DNA of 57,059 nucleotides, counting the filler, from Sphacelaria rigidula (lineage: Eukaryota): assembly GCA_964200075.2 (NCBI GenBank). It is 7 parts of 7 records of this genome, joined end to end, with 100 filler letters (N's around TTAATTAATTAA, not from the genome) between each part and the next. Parts side by side here need not be neighbours in the genome. Positions count along the whole stretch, not along the records: positions 16,334 to 24,399 come from CAXNAA020012424.1; positions 24,500 to 32,564 come from CAXNAA020012425.1; positions 32,665 to 40,729 come from CAXNAA020012426.1; 4 more parts are not named here. One strand, written 5' to 3'. The notes under the pieces are model-generated. The model was not told the DNA's origin. It was given only the letters and a program-made list of their open reading frames with translations, and ran no database searches. Below are positions 23,701 to 36,786 of this stretch, in pieces. The position numbers and the translations under genes are program-made. Within the stretch, counting starts at the first letter, position 1. Every line of letters starts with the position of its first letter.

Positions 23701-23860
23701 AACCCTTCTTGGTCGGTTACTCACGTATTTCATTTCTGGCTGTTCGTCTTGGGGTGCTGTGCTCTGACCCCTGTCCACTGCGGTGGCCAAGATTGAAGGG
23801 GGGATATGGGCAACCCCGAGCTTCGGGCGCGGAGGGCGGGCGACAATATCACCTGATTAT

Positions 23861-24286
23861 AACAGCCGATCATCGAAACTGAGGATGGAGCTCTTCATTG
23901 AGGATGAGAATCCGGAGGATTAAAATCTTCGTATCCACACCAATTCTTCGAAATAGGGTTCCATTTTTTCACCTACTGGTCGCTGTTGATAACCGCTGCA
24001 CGCCCTGCAGATTTGGATGCCGATAACCGAAATGTTGGGGTCCTACATGAAGAAGGTGATCCGATCGGACCGCCGAAATTCCCGAAATTGGTTTTACACG
24101 TGGGACCCCAACATTTTCGGGTATCAAAATACAAGTTTTTACTGCGTGTAGTAGTTGTCAATAGCTGCCAACAGGTGAAGGAATGTGACCATATGTCGAA
24201 GAATTGGTGTGGATACGAAGATTCTAATCCTCCGGGTTCTCATCCTCAATGAAAAGCTATATCCTCGATTTCGATGATGGGCTGTT
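23861..24286. mobile_element. 426-bp foldback MITE, ~143-bp inverted arms, AACAGCC...GGCTGTT termini
   Basis: 23861-24003 is an inverted match to 24144-24286 (e.g. atcttcgtatccacaccaattcttcga / tcgaagaattggtgtggatacgaagat); a further partial arm at 24346-24399 runs into the contig end. Confidence 0.88.
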
Positions 24287-24399
24287 TACTAGACCACACA
24301 CACCCTCCCCCCCGCCCCGCCCCCCAGGTTCGGCGAGAGCCCGGCGGATTAGAATCTTCGTATCCACACCAATTCTTCGACATATGGTCACATTCCTTC

Positions 24400-24499
24400 N
24401 NNNNNNNNNNNNNNNNNNNNNNNNNNNNNNNNNNNNNNNNNNNTTAATTAATTAANNNNNNNNNNNNNNNNNNNNNNNNNNNNNNNNNNNNNNNNNNNN
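24400..24499. other. Artificial contig-joining linker 3
   Basis: Same 100-nt spacer. Confidence 0.98.
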
Positions 24500-25088
24500 C
24501 AATGGTCATATGACTATGGCATGCAAGATCATGAGTACACCCCACCCCCCCCAAAATCATGAGTACGCCCCAGCGCCCCCCTTCCCCCTCCTCCTTTTTT
24601 ATTTCTCCTTATCCATCCCTAGCCAACCCGTCCGACACATCAGTTCAATATTTTTTGGCTGCTGTGTTTGGTGTTTTGCATGTCTCGTTATTTTATTTTA
24701 TTTCTTCAACCGTTTGTGCTTTTCAAGAGGGGAGCTGCTGCGGCGACTGCGGCTGCTGCTGCTGCCGCTGCTGCTGCGACTACTGGGGTGAAGGATGAAA
24801 AGCTGCGCAAAGACGATAGCGATCGGCGTCGACGCCGTGTTCGAGGGGTTATCTCCCTCAAGTACGTGTGATGGGCGGCTACGCAATACGCCGCAAGACG
24901 GGAGGCTGCCGGCAGATTTTTCACTCATTCGTCGATTAGGTGTATACACCGGTATACTTGTGTCGCGAAGCCCCGTAAGTTGGTTGTTCAACCGAGTACC
25001 AAATGATGATAAATAAACGGTGCTCGGAATACTGTTCTCCAAATATGTTGCGGAAGAGGGAAAAACAAAACACCATCGAGTGACGTCG

Positions 25089-25575
25089 AACGCTTGGACA
25101 CTACTAGTCAAGGCGTGGATGATTGCAAATCTTACCAGTTAACGCCTAAAGATTGGAGTGAAATGTTGCTAGTCAACGCACGCCCAGCGCTTGGAATGTT
25201 GCTGGTTAATGCTTAATGCGTAACGGTTAAATTGCTGCTAGTTAACGCGTAACGCGTGGAATGTTGCTAGATAACGCGTAAAGCTTGACATGTTGCTCGT
25301 TAACGCACACTTGAAGCTTCGGGTGTTGCTAGTTATCGTCTAATGCTCGAAATGTTGCTGGTTGATGCCTAACGCTTGGGATATTGCTAGCAAACGTTTA
25401 TCCCTGAAAGGGTTTTGTGCTCAGGCCCGACGCTTGAAATGCTGCTAGTCAACACCTGACACTTATCGTTCGACATGCCGCTAGTTAATGCCCAACGCTT
25501 GGAATGCTGCTAGCTCACGCCTAGTGCTTGCAATACTGCCAATTTATGCCTAATGCTTCGAGTGTTGCTGGTCAA
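25089..25575. repeat. Degenerate ~29-bp minisatellite, roughly 15 copies
   Basis: Consensus aacgcttggaatgttgctagttaacgcct. Confidence 0.85.
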
Positions 25576-28537
25576 GGTCGTATTCGACGGGCTTGTCTCC
25601 GTAATGTGTGTGATGGCGGTAAAACACCACCCTGCACGACCATCCCTTACATGGCATGTAACTGTAGACTGTACTGTGACATACATGAATATGCACTACA
25701 TATGAATATATTTGTATACTTCGTGGCATATACCAAGGTTGAGAAAATACAAAAAAACACTCACACATCGAAGAATGGGAATATCAATCTCGATAGACGC
25801 CACGAAGTACTCAACATATTTATTCATATATATGCAACGCATGTTATGTTGTTGTACACTTCATGATATCTAGTTAAATTATGCAGAAAATACAAACACG
25901 GTGAAAAATTTGAAATGCAGATGACAAGACTCGTGCAGTGGTTGCGCAAGTCAGAAACTACCGAGTATCGTTTCATAAGCCGGTGCCTTTTACGTTTTTT
26001 TCAATACTTGTGTGGTTCTTCCTTCCTGCCAGCGGCGTGCCTGTGATGAAGATGTTTCTGCGCATGTAGGCTTTATGTGGACAGGATCACTGTTATATTG
26101 ATGAAGTGAAATCGGTAATATACATGGACCTATGATACCGCCGCGCCCCCGTGGTCTGTAATAAAAATAGTGCAGCTGAATCCCGCCAGGTAGAAAGACT
26201 ACGGGTATACTTCCTGGCAGATTTGTTTTTGTCTTTGTTGCTGACAAAAGTGTCTGGTTTTCGTCGTTGAAAAGGTGACAACGTGAATAACCAGATTGCT
26301 CATTTGGCGGGAGTTGACGACGCAGTGCGGGCGTTGTACTCATTCATACGCGAAGCCAAAATATCGGGGAGGTGGCCAACCGGGGGGGAAAGGGTTGGGT
26401 CAATGATTTATCCCTTGAAACCAACCAAGGACTCGTGCCGAGCAAGGGAAGAATTTGAACGTGTGACCAAATATATACGTGAGTGAAAATTGCAGTCTGA
26501 ATGGCAGTGTGTAAATATACCACCACGAAGATCGGCACATGGATCAAGGCACTGTAGGAATGAGCCGCTGTATGTTGGGTAAGGCAGATTCTTCGTGAAA
26601 TCGAAAAAGAGATGGTTTTCTATGCTTGAGGTTTAGCAGGTAATCTTACTTCTTCCGTGGTCTCTTGTATTGTGCGATACATCGATTGGCTGCTGGAAAA
26701 GGTGCAATTATATTTTCTATTGAAAAACACTGTTGTTGTTGACGGTGGAAAGAAGAAAGAGAGGGGGAAATGGAAGGAAAAAAATGGTGCACTCGAGAGC
26801 GAGCTTATTAGACTTCTGTGAATGAAATATGCATCCAGTATGCAGTGAGGGACCCAAGGAAATACTGAAACAAGAAGAGCTACCTTGAACAAAGAGGGGG
26901 TGCTTGTAAAAACGCACACGGTACGACAAACCAAAAAGCAAGACAGCTTATGCGCTGGCTCTGTCTGCAAACTCGTGCCTCATTATTCTTCCCTTACCTC
27001 TTTTCTCGTCTTTCATGTGCCGTATCCACTTAGGCGTATTGTCCGAGAGTTCGACACAAGGCGGAAAGCGGTTGCGTTGAAGAAATGGCGGACCGCCACG
27101 GCTACCGATTCAGATTCCCGTAATAACCGACCCGGTCCGCTTGTTTTTACTCCTGGAGGTTCCGGTCAGACCGATCCAGCACCACCTACACCTCTCGCAG
27201 ATGCTGCGAGTGCTACGTTAGCGGCTTTCGTGAATGCTCCCCCAACGCCTCGAAGGCCCAGTTTGCAAGAGATATTGTCTGGGGTTCACAGGTAAAGAGG
27301 CGTGTTATTTTGAGGTAGACCTCGCCCCACTGCCACACACCCCCACCTCCCCTGATCCGTCCGTCCGTCCATCCGTCCCCGGGTCCGGCAAGATGAAAAA
27401 GAGTCCCCGAAAAAAACATGATTCTTCTCGTGAAGAATATGCAGGTTTGTTTTGGTGTGTGATTATGAATAGTTGAAGAGTTGACAAATACAGAAGGATA
27501 TGTGTGGAGGTGTGGATGTATTTATGCATGTATGTATATGTGTGCTGTATGTGTATTTCTTTCTTTCTTTTTCTCTAAGAAAGCTTAAAAAATAGAGGAT
27601 CGAAATCGTTGTTGCAAGACAAAAAACGAGATGAACTCCATTCTTACAAGCAGGCTGGGCGGCTTCAATTCCTTAAAAACATGGAGAGCTCCATACATGA
27701 GCCTGCACTTTGTGTATATTGTAAACTTGAGCCACATGAAATGAACCGCAAACGAGTTCCGTAATCACTCACTTAGTTGTTGTACGAACTGGCTAGTCAT
27801 GTATGCAAGCTGCAAAGGAAAAACAAAAATCGATACGGGCGTTCAAAGGTGGTTGGTTAGAGGAAAAATACAGAGGATGCTGTACTGATCGGTGTGGTAC
27901 CTTGTATGGACACTGCCAAGCTTGATGTCAATGAATATGTTGTCACTCGCTCTCCCAGGGGAATGAGCAGGGTATTTTGTGCTTGCGCAGCGCACCCTGA
28001 GTCATATTCGCCACTCGTGTCGAGTCTTTCCGCTCCTTTAAGATCGATTCTCCAGAGTCTAGAAGAGAAAGCACTAACCGAAAAATGCTTATTCTGACTA
28101 TGCAGCGCCAACTTTCCTCCCTAAGCAGCTGCTTGGTGGATTGTGCCACGTCAGGAATAATTCCGCCGTACTTTCCGAGAGGATTTTCAGCGCACTTTGG
28201 TGGTATTCGGCACACGGCCAGGTTGATTTGAGACCGGACTACCGAGTTTCTCACTCAAGCCCAAAAAATTAGTTCTCCTGAAAAAAAATGGCAACACTCA
28301 CAGAAACATGACATATGAATATTATAGATGTATGCGATGCATCTTCGGGTCGTATGTATGAGAAACCGCTTCTTCGGCGAAATGTCAGTCCGGTCGAAGA
28401 TCAAACACAAAGAGTACTCAAACTCGGTAGAGTTTCACTTCAGTTTGGCGCCACTATATGGACAGCGATTGTTGTTGATTTTTGCTTGGGTTTCGTGTAG
28501 ATCATCATGTTCGGATATTTACAGGGTTCGCAGTACC

Positions 28538-28908
28538 GGACGGCCCGGTGGCTCAATTGGTAATCTCGAAACCTTCTGACGGGTGGGTCGTGAGTTCGAA
28601 TCTCGGAGCGATTTGGGGATTTTTCTCGCACAATGCCCAACAGTGAAGAGCGACTGTGTCGTGGATACACGAAATTCGAGTTAACGGTCGACGAGCGAAA
28701 GGGACTGCTGGACCACTCTCGCGATAAAAAATGAAGGCAAGCACCGCAGGAGGAAAGTGGAGAATTAAAACAAAACGAAAGAAAAAAACTCCTGTTTTGA
28801 CCTTCCTCCTGTGTGACCCTGGCTGTTACGCCCACACGTACCAAAAGGTGCAGATCGGCGTCCAGAACAAATGGGACGACAAAACACACAACATACACAC
28901 ACACACAA
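28538..28908 (+). mobile_element. tRNA-derived SINE
   Basis: Pol III A-box tggctcaattgg (28549-28560) and B-box gagttcgaatc (28592-28602), non-tRNA body, (AC)n tail; second partial copy at 15317-15830. Confidence 0.85.
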
Positions 28909-31649
28909 TCCCACGCGCAGACCCCGCGTGCTCAGTAGGCGCGTCTCGGCTGAAATCGGCGCCCCAGACACCGATTTGAGCCAAAACATACACTCTAGGG
29001 GAACTGTACGCATTGCCTTTGCCAGAGCGTTTCCGCCTCCCTTGGGTTCGGGTTGGGGTCAAGGTCAAGGTTAGGGTTGCGTTATGAATTTGACTAAAAT
29101 ATGGTATGTTCCAACCATTGCTTAATGACGCCGAACTAGGATAAAGGACAATGTTTTCGTGAGATTGAGAGTAGAGCGGTGATTGAGAGTGGCTTTGATC
29201 ATTCGCTTTAACATAGCCAGTTTTTCATTGCGTGCGTGCTTCTCTTTGCCTCCATCACTAGCGTGTGCTCACAGCTTCACGCCGATAACCTACCCAGGGA
29301 GACCAAGGATCTCAGTGGCAAGCTGCTGCAGAAAGCATATTAGGCCTCGTGAAGGGATACTTCGGAACAGGAACGCTTCATTCATTAATTGACCGCTTTT
29401 CACTCTCGATCGTATCCTCTATTCTCAATCTCACGAAAACATTGTGACCTACCGCGCTCGGATTTCCTCGGAGAGTACAAGAATCAACCAAATCATACCG
29501 ATCAATCCATGAAACCAGTTGTTTTGACAATAGCGGGTAAGGTACTGTGGAGCGACCTTTTTTATACCTTTTTTTTGTGTTGTTTTTTTCATTCTATGTT
29601 TTTTCCGATTTGTGTCGTTCGTTTCGTTGTGTGGTGTTGTGTCATGCTCGGTTACTGTCTTATCTTGGTCTCTTGTTCGAGGTCTTACTCCATTTATTTA
29701 CTTATCTGTTTGTTTTCTTATTCGTAAATTTGATAATTTGTTCAGTTGTATGTTTGTTCATTTGTTTATTTAATTGTGTGTTTGTTCGTGAGCTGGTTAG
29801 CTACTTCGTTGTTCAGTTGATGAATTTGTTATTTTTTTGTTATCTTCCACCATCAGGTTTCGTCTCGTTTCTTGTTTTATTTCCTCATGATAAAAGTAGG
29901 ATGACGATAGCGACGATCAACTTCTTGTACATTCCCTAAAGTGGTACCCTTTCAAACAGTGGGTGGTTGATTCACAATCCCATGGGGCTGATGTCATGAT
30001 GGCACTGGCTTTTGTCGTCCCGCTTGCCGCAGTCTGCTCTACTAAACTCCATCCTACTACATCACTCCCTTGTGCTCGATGCGTTATCTAACCGCACTCC
30101 CAGGAGGGCAGACCTGGCCGCGCAAGGCATTGAGGCAGACCTGGTGGATGGTGTAGACGGACCTGCTTCCGTGCCCTTGAAGAGAACCCACCCCGTGCGA
30201 CTGGCCTCCGGTGTGGAGATCATGTCTCACTTTCGGGTGGACCCTCACAAGGTGAACGACGGGTACAACAGTTATGTTCTCATTTTCCGTACGGTAGCAT
30301 GTTGCGTTTGAATCCAACGCGTGTCCTTTTATTATTTTATTATTTTATTATTTTTATTTTTTTATTTTTCCTTCTTTTTTTATTTTTCGTCTCTATTCTT
30401 TTGTTTGGTTTATTCCTTCCTCGATATTTTCCTTTTTGTAGACCTTGGGAGCTAGCTGCACAGGACGTCTCATCTTCTCGTAACCATGGCTTTAGCTAGA
30501 TATGGAGCGGGCTAGTGAACTGCTGAGATCAACCGATCCGTGAATCACTCAAATCTCTACAGTACCTCAGCTCATGGGTCGATCGAACGATGTAACTGAG
30601 AAAACAGAGCAATCAACCATTCATCGCTTTCCATTCATGGTTTCCACAGCGTCTTATCAAAACCCGTGTATGTCCGTCCTTCAGGCGGAGTCTGTGCGAC
30701 AGCAGGTTTCACGAGAACTCAAGGATCGCGCTCGCAGGTACGTTGGCGTCTACTGTTGTTACACGCACATCTATGTTTGGATACATATGATGCAAGCACC
30801 GCAGTGCGTCGGTTACCACAGGTGTATATACATGATCTTGTAGGCACAGCATCTCAAGTAACCCCTGACGAAAGCAGCGATACAGCCTGGAAGACAATTG
30901 TATTCGAAGAGTTCGTTAACGCTTTTATTTATTTGTTTCATTTTTTTTTATTCTGCTCAATTAATGTGCGTTTCGTTCATGTTGCCATCTATTCCGAATC
31001 GCGTGTGATATCCGTAATGGTATTTTGTTCACGTGGTGGAGTACGAAACAATCAGATACTGGCCGGCCCTTACAGTGTGGAAAACAAAGGAGTGAAATTG
31101 AACAATTTCTTTCGATTTTCTGTTATGAACACGTTTTTTTCTTCTTTCATCTCGTTTTTTTCCTGCATATAGCTACTTCACTATCATGTGAGTTCGCTGT
31201 TCCGGAACCCTATGTCTTACTAAGCCAACTGACGCAGCAACGTCAAACAAAATATTTTAAAGGAGTTGAACTCTCGCACGAGACGTATATCCAACTTTCG
31301 AAACGAAAAGCGATTTTGTTGTATCGGTCGTTTGGTGTCAGCATATCGCGTCCCGCGACGGTGATCTAGCTTACACAATAGCTAGATTCCAGAATACGTG
31401 TTCCGCAAATAAACATATCTTCGCACGAACACTCACTCATTTTTTGTTGTTACCATCACCGCTGTCAGGTTACAAAAATCCTGTGAAGATTGACTTTCTG
31501 TTTGGCTTTTCATAATCCAGATGTTTGTGATGTTCAAAATACAATTTACCCGCGTGGCCATTTTTTTCATGGGCTTTCATGCCGCCGTGCCATGATCCAT
31601 ATCCTCGCGATCCATAACTCCCCACACATACCGATGGTTGGAGTCAGCC

Positions 31650-31730
31650 TTCTCTGTCTTCGTCTCTGTATGTCTGTCTGTATCTCTGTGTGTGTCTCTC
31701 TCTCTGTGTCTATGTATGTGTCCGTATGTC
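31650..31730. repeat. Degenerate (TC)/(TG) microsatellite
   Basis: tctctgtcttcgtctctgtatgtctgtctgtatctctgtgtgtgtctctctctc. Confidence 0.7.
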
Positions 31731-32564
31731 ATGCATACAGTACAAACACACTTGCTGCAGCAGCGAGCGTACAAAGTCTTGGGACATGATGTGAATCATG
31801 GCCGTCATACCGAGACATGATTAGCGCAGAGCTTACACATCGTTCCTGGGGCAGCTGAATTCAATTGGGGCACGAAAGATGCCTTTGAGAGCTCATCACC
31901 CCATCTCCCCCAGTAGCAGCAGCATGGCGGCTGATTAATGTAATCACGCACAACCACCGCGCCCCGGCGGTATGAATCAAAATACTTGAAATTAAAGCAG
32001 TTAAGGCGGAAGAATGCGGGGTCGGGTCCCGGCAGATGTTTTTTTTTTTTTTCGTCATAAGTACCTTATTTCCGCTGTTGAAAGCGTGAGAACTTGAGAG
32101 AAGTTGAGTGAATGACAAGCGGAGGCAGTCGATTTGACGAAAGCCTATGCGGTGTGGTACAGTATTGTCGATCCAATCCACGACATCGAAAAATGCAAGG
32201 CGTTGATCGATTGATTGTCGCACATTTACAGATTCGTTGATTCTCAAGGGACCCAGCGGTCATCATCCTCAAGATGGATGTACCCGCGGTAGACAAAATG
32301 AAATCGCTCGCTGAAAAATAAATGGGGGAAATATATATATATATATATATATAGAATATTTCGAAGTCACGAGCGTGAAGCATACTTTGTAACGAGGTGT
32401 CCACGAGATTCAATGCCGATTTTAGTGTGCAAGTTCCTCCGCACCCGCCCCGGGAGATGACTGTTCGGGCCAATGCCAATGCTAGGGGTCCGGTTAGCGG
32501 ATTCGTACTTTACTTTGTGCGGGGGTACACATGCGTTCGCGACCGTTCGAACGGACGCGTGATC

Positions 32565-32664
32565 NNNNNNNNNNNNNNNNNNNNNNNNNNNNNNNNNNNN
32601 NNNNNNNNTTAATTAATTAANNNNNNNNNNNNNNNNNNNNNNNNNNNNNNNNNNNNNNNNNNNN
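32565..32664. other. Artificial contig-joining linker 4
   Basis: Same 100-nt spacer. Confidence 0.98.
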
Positions 32665-32769
32665 GGCCCAATTCGTTTCCGGTGATGAGATATTGCTCTG
32701 CCAGGTTAAATCCGTTTCTGGGCTGGCCCAGCTCGTATATTAGTACCTGGGATTTATGTCGTATGAACG

Positions 32770-33060
32770 GAATGTGAGACTCATTTACCTATGATTTATA
32801 TCACATGAGTCGCAAGTGAAAAGCATGCACCTGTGACTCATGTCATATGAATCACAGATAGATGGGACACATATACACCTTCGACGGTGTACCGCATGAG
32901 TGATACGCAGGATTGTACATTCATCGTATGGAGTTGCACGAATCACGAGCCCGAAACATATGTGAATCACAGTTTGTATACGAATCGAATGTTCGATTCG
33001 TGCAAAGTTGAATGTTGGACGAATAAAATCGCGATTCGTCCCATGTTTGGATTTGTGCAA
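32770..33060 (+). repeat. Dispersed repeat related to 50060-50290
   Basis: Shared acctt(c/t)gacggtgtaccgca and aaacat.t...aatcaca..ttgt...cgaatcg.atg..gattcgt.caaa motifs. Confidence 0.6.
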
Positions 33061-35025
33061 ACTTCATATTCGCTTGATAAAAAACAATGGGGATCGGGAG
33101 ACGTTATAATAGTATCCGACCAAAACTCCGACAGAGAAATTATCTCAACGATCAATACAGCATTGAACGACTTACGGGTGCCCGGTCATCGGGGGTCCTG
33201 GACTACACGGCCCCAAGTTCTGGTTCTTGGGTATTTTCGCGCGATCGATTCATTCTGATCGTTATTACGACGAAGAAATCTACTCGTACACAAATACTAC
33301 ATGTTATAGTAACTAGATGTTCATTACGCTGGGGTCCAAAACGCCTATTTATTATACCAAAAACAGTCGATAACCCCTCCAAATAAAAACCGGGTTTTCT
33401 CCCCTACAGCCGCGACTACACAAAATTGGGAGTTGTGCCCCGAGCACGACCTGCCCCTCTACCGAAGTCTATAGTACCGATTCCAGCATCTTCGAGCGCC
33501 ACTATGAAGGAAGAAGTCGAAATGAGTGCTATGCCCGAAAATCCCGAAAAAAATTACGAAATACGAAAATGGAAAGTAGCATCGTTCAGACGCACTCCTC
33601 AACAACCTTGGGCATAATGACTCATTTCGGAACAATATTTGGAAAATATCCATAGCTGACCTCTAGAACCTGACCGTGCCACGCGCTACAGCAGTACGGA
33701 TAACAGTAGTAGCTGATGAGCATTTTGTTTCCGTTTGCGAGCGCAGCCCTCAATGAAAATATGACATGCACGTACTACATATCACGTGGCCCCTAACCCC
33801 TGATTCGATCATCTTGATCTTATTGAACCAAAGCAGTTGTTTTTCACGTATTTACTGCAATCCGCACAGCCCACATGGTTACACCGGTAGTATCTGGTAC
33901 CGGAGGTGGAACGAAACGATATATATATCCATTCCGAAAGTCTTGAAGTGGCACACCGCCTTGACGAGGTCCGCTTCACTGACTCGACTACTTCATGTAG
34001 CAGGTTCCAGTAGTATGGGTGTTGACCATGGATATGTGACGGATCAAAAGATATAAAATAATGACAACATGTCATGCAGGTGTACTTTGAGGGAACGGCG
34101 GCGTCAGGTACACACTAAGTTCGACACGTTCAACGTCTGAACATCGAATCAGCACACACGCAGCTCTCCTGTTTCAACACACCAACATGACACCGACATG
34201 CGCTCCCACTCACGTTGTCCTCGACAGGCTTTCGCATCCTGACCTGGCCCTGAGATTTGAATGCATGCCACCAACAGCACCACAGCCCAACGGAACACCA
34301 GATGGCTACATTCGCCACATCACCAGCCGCTCTCCAGCCGTTCCACATCAAGACGAAGATCAGACACGCCAATCCCATGGCCATATCGACAGGTGCAAGC
34401 GCGAGGAAGTCCATCTCTGCCTAGCCCTCCGACCACAAGAAGGACCTCGTGAAGGTGAGTAGATTGCAGCGCTTTGAAGAAGCACGACGGTCACTGTTGT
34501 GCCGCTGTCCTGTAGGGTATGGACAGTTGCACGCTTTGTGTGCGCGTCACGAGAACACTTCTACTACAAAATTGGTACTTGCACAACGAACAGTACAACA
34601 CAAGTACAAGCAAACCGTCGTTCAAGTCTCACTCGGGTGCCGCTTGGTGGAACTAAGGCCTCAAAGCCGCCTGCGATGCATTGGTCGTATGAGCCGTTGT
34701 TGGTAACGTGTTGCTTACGACAGAAGAAGGGGTTCCACTCGCGCAATTTTCCACTTGCAGTTTATGGACAAGCACGTAAAACACAGACTGAACCTTTGAC
34801 TGAACTCAAACAAAATGAGAAGTGAAGGTGAAATATAGTCCTGTCGGAGACCAATCAACCACACCGTACCGATTATTATTGTTCGCAGGCTGTAGCTTAT
34901 ATCCATCGCACAGAGTAGACAGATTGGAGATTGCCGTTTCTTGTGACCGCGGGTCTGTCAATGTAATGTACCGAACACAATCGGTTGAAGTAAGGGACGC
35001 CCACGCCGCGTGCAATTTGTCACAG

Positions 35026-35315
35026 GCAACCTATGCGTTGACAGTCCGATGGATGGTACGGCTCTTACTAAGGACCTTGCAGCAATGGAGGCTCAGCCAA
35101 GTGGCGTGGGCAAGCTTCCGAACTTACGAGCGGCCGCAGTCGACCAGCTGCGACGCAAGATTCAAGAACAAGGCGGTTTACACGTTTCGGTTGATTGCAA
35201 AGCGGAACAGATCCTCGCGACAAGCGAACAGGAGGTTGACAACGTAATCATCCCGCTTTGTGCCTGGCTGGCGGGACTCGTAGAGGCTCAGAGTACAAGT
35301 GAAGCAGGTGATTAA
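35026..35315 (+). CDS. Possible terminal exon of an unknown gene (a candidate upstream exon ends at the gtgagt donor near 34454)
   Basis: cag acceptor, open frame NLCVDSPMDG...LRAAAVDQLRRKIQEQGG...IIPLCAWLAGLVEAQ*; no homology recognised. Confidence 0.3.
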
Positions 35316-36127
35316 TTGTTCCGCTGACTGTCTCGCTGCTACCTGTGGTGCAGTAGAGCTATCTTGTATGTCCTATCCTCTTGCGAATTGAAATGATTCG
35401 AAACAAGATCGAACTTGAAAGTTTCTAATATATCCGGTCTCGAAAGGTTCCGAATTCCTAAAGCACATACAAAAGCGGAGAGGCGGAGTTATATAATAGT
35501 GGATGTCCCCGATATATTCAACAGTACCGTAATTTATAGTCAAATATACCGGGGCCTTCGAGCTTGAGACCTCCAACGGCCTTCGTCGAGCATCGTATTT
35601 CACCCGATGCTGCTGGTCTCTGTACCGTTGTCATCCTGCATGTAGCAAGCGGCACGTACAATCCGCTGAACGGCCCTGTGCAGTAGTGCGAAACGAAAGC
35701 CCATTTCCTTCTGTGGTGAGTGTTGAAGGTGAAGATTCAGCTAACTACTTCTGGTAACCTAACTACTAGGATTGAGACTACACGCCCCCATTCACCCAAA
35801 ATTAGGACTCGCGAAAAAAAACATCTTCGATTCCAACATTTCAACATCCTCTCAACGAATCTGTGGTCATCACAGCCAGGAGTCTGGTACGTTCGTTTGG
35901 CCGTGTCTTTAGACCAACTCGTATGAGTTCAGGGGGGAAATCCTGTTGAAAACTGCCTTTTGGGCCCTTCACCATTTGACGGTCGAAAAAAAGGCAGGGC
36001 GGATGTTGACACCTTGGACTGACTTACTCTTCTCGTTGAAACTATTCAATGGCAACTTTGCGTGCCTCGCTGGCCGCAGTTTCATTTTTGGCCAAACTCT
36101 CGTTTTCAGTAACAACCGGTCAAGTGA

Positions 36128-36311
36128 GGCCACTCTTATGGGAGCGGTTAGAATTTTATTTTGCAATAATATTAAACGACTTTTTTTTCCTTTGCCTTAG
36201 TTGTGTATTTTGTGCCCGTTCACCATGATGACAGAGAGAACAAAAAAAAATTCTCTGAAATTTTCAAATTTTTGCAAAATAAAATTTCAGACGCTCCCAT
36301 TAGAGTTGGCC
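36128..36311. mobile_element. 184-bp PIF/Harbinger (Tourist)-like MITE, GGCC termini, TGA TSD
   Basis: ggccactcttatgggagcg..gaattttattttgcaa / ttgcaaaataaaatttcagacgctcccattagagttggcc; TGA at 36125-36127 and 36312-36314. Confidence 0.85.
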
Positions 36312-36314
36312 TGA

Positions 36315-36786
36315 GACCGACTCTATTGGGAACCGTGAGAAATTCCTATCTAAAACTGCCTTTCTGGCCCTTCTCCGCCGTTCTACGACTGAAAAGAGGG
36401 CTCGGCACATATTGACGGCTCGAAAGAATTTGCTTTACTCATTGAGACCGTTCCAGGGCAACTTAGCTTTCCCCGCTGGCTGCACTTGTATTGTTGACCG
36501 AACACGGATTTTCAAGAAAAAAACTGTCAAACGATCAAAGAAAGGGGGAAATTTTGATCATCTGATCGTTTTTTTACCCAAAATCCGTGAGCGACCTGGT
36601 TTGGTCAAAAACAAAACTGCGGCCAGCGGGAAAAGCAAAGTTGCCCTGGAACGGTCTTTGCGAGTAGAACAAGTCATTCCAAGTCGTCGAGATCCGCCGA
36701 ACCCTCTTTTCGGGCGTAAATCGACGGAGAAGTGTCCAAAAGATAGTTTTCAACAGGAATTTGAATGGCTCCCATTTGAGTTGGCG
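36315..36786. mobile_element. ~470-bp foldback MITE of the same terminal family
   Basis: Ends gaccgactctattgggaacc / ggctcccatttgagttggcg, flanked by tga/taa; arms 36340-36512 and 36581-36762 are inverted and homologous to the outer element's arms. Confidence 0.75.

Larger units (their letters stand above)
24728..30737 (+). pseudogene. Multi-exon orphan gene, with stops or frameshifts in some exons
   Basis: AG/GT-bounded coding-like exons: 24728-24861 (poly-Ala..DRRRRRVRGVISLK), ~26275-26478 (NNQIAHLAGVDDAVRALYSFIREAK), ~27034-27291, ~28106-28221 (PTFLPKQLLGGLCHVRNNSAVLSERIFSALWW), ~30033-30288, 30685-30737; stops in the ~26032-26189 and ~29275-29536 segments; full splicing not resolved. Confidence 0.5.

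Noticed and set aside
28538..28615. tRNA gene
   Set aside because: A and B boxes are present but there is no convincing acceptor or anticodon stem, and it runs into a dispersed body with an (AC)n tail, so it is a SINE head
28947..28998. Helitron 3' end (hairpin ggctgaaatcggcg/caccgatttgagcc then CTAG)
   Set aside because: CTAG is followed by G rather than T, and no matching 5' end or second copy is seen
29044..29078. Telomeric repeat (also at ~21565 and ~22288)
   Set aside because: Only one or two degenerate TTAGGG-like hexamers inside repeats; not an array
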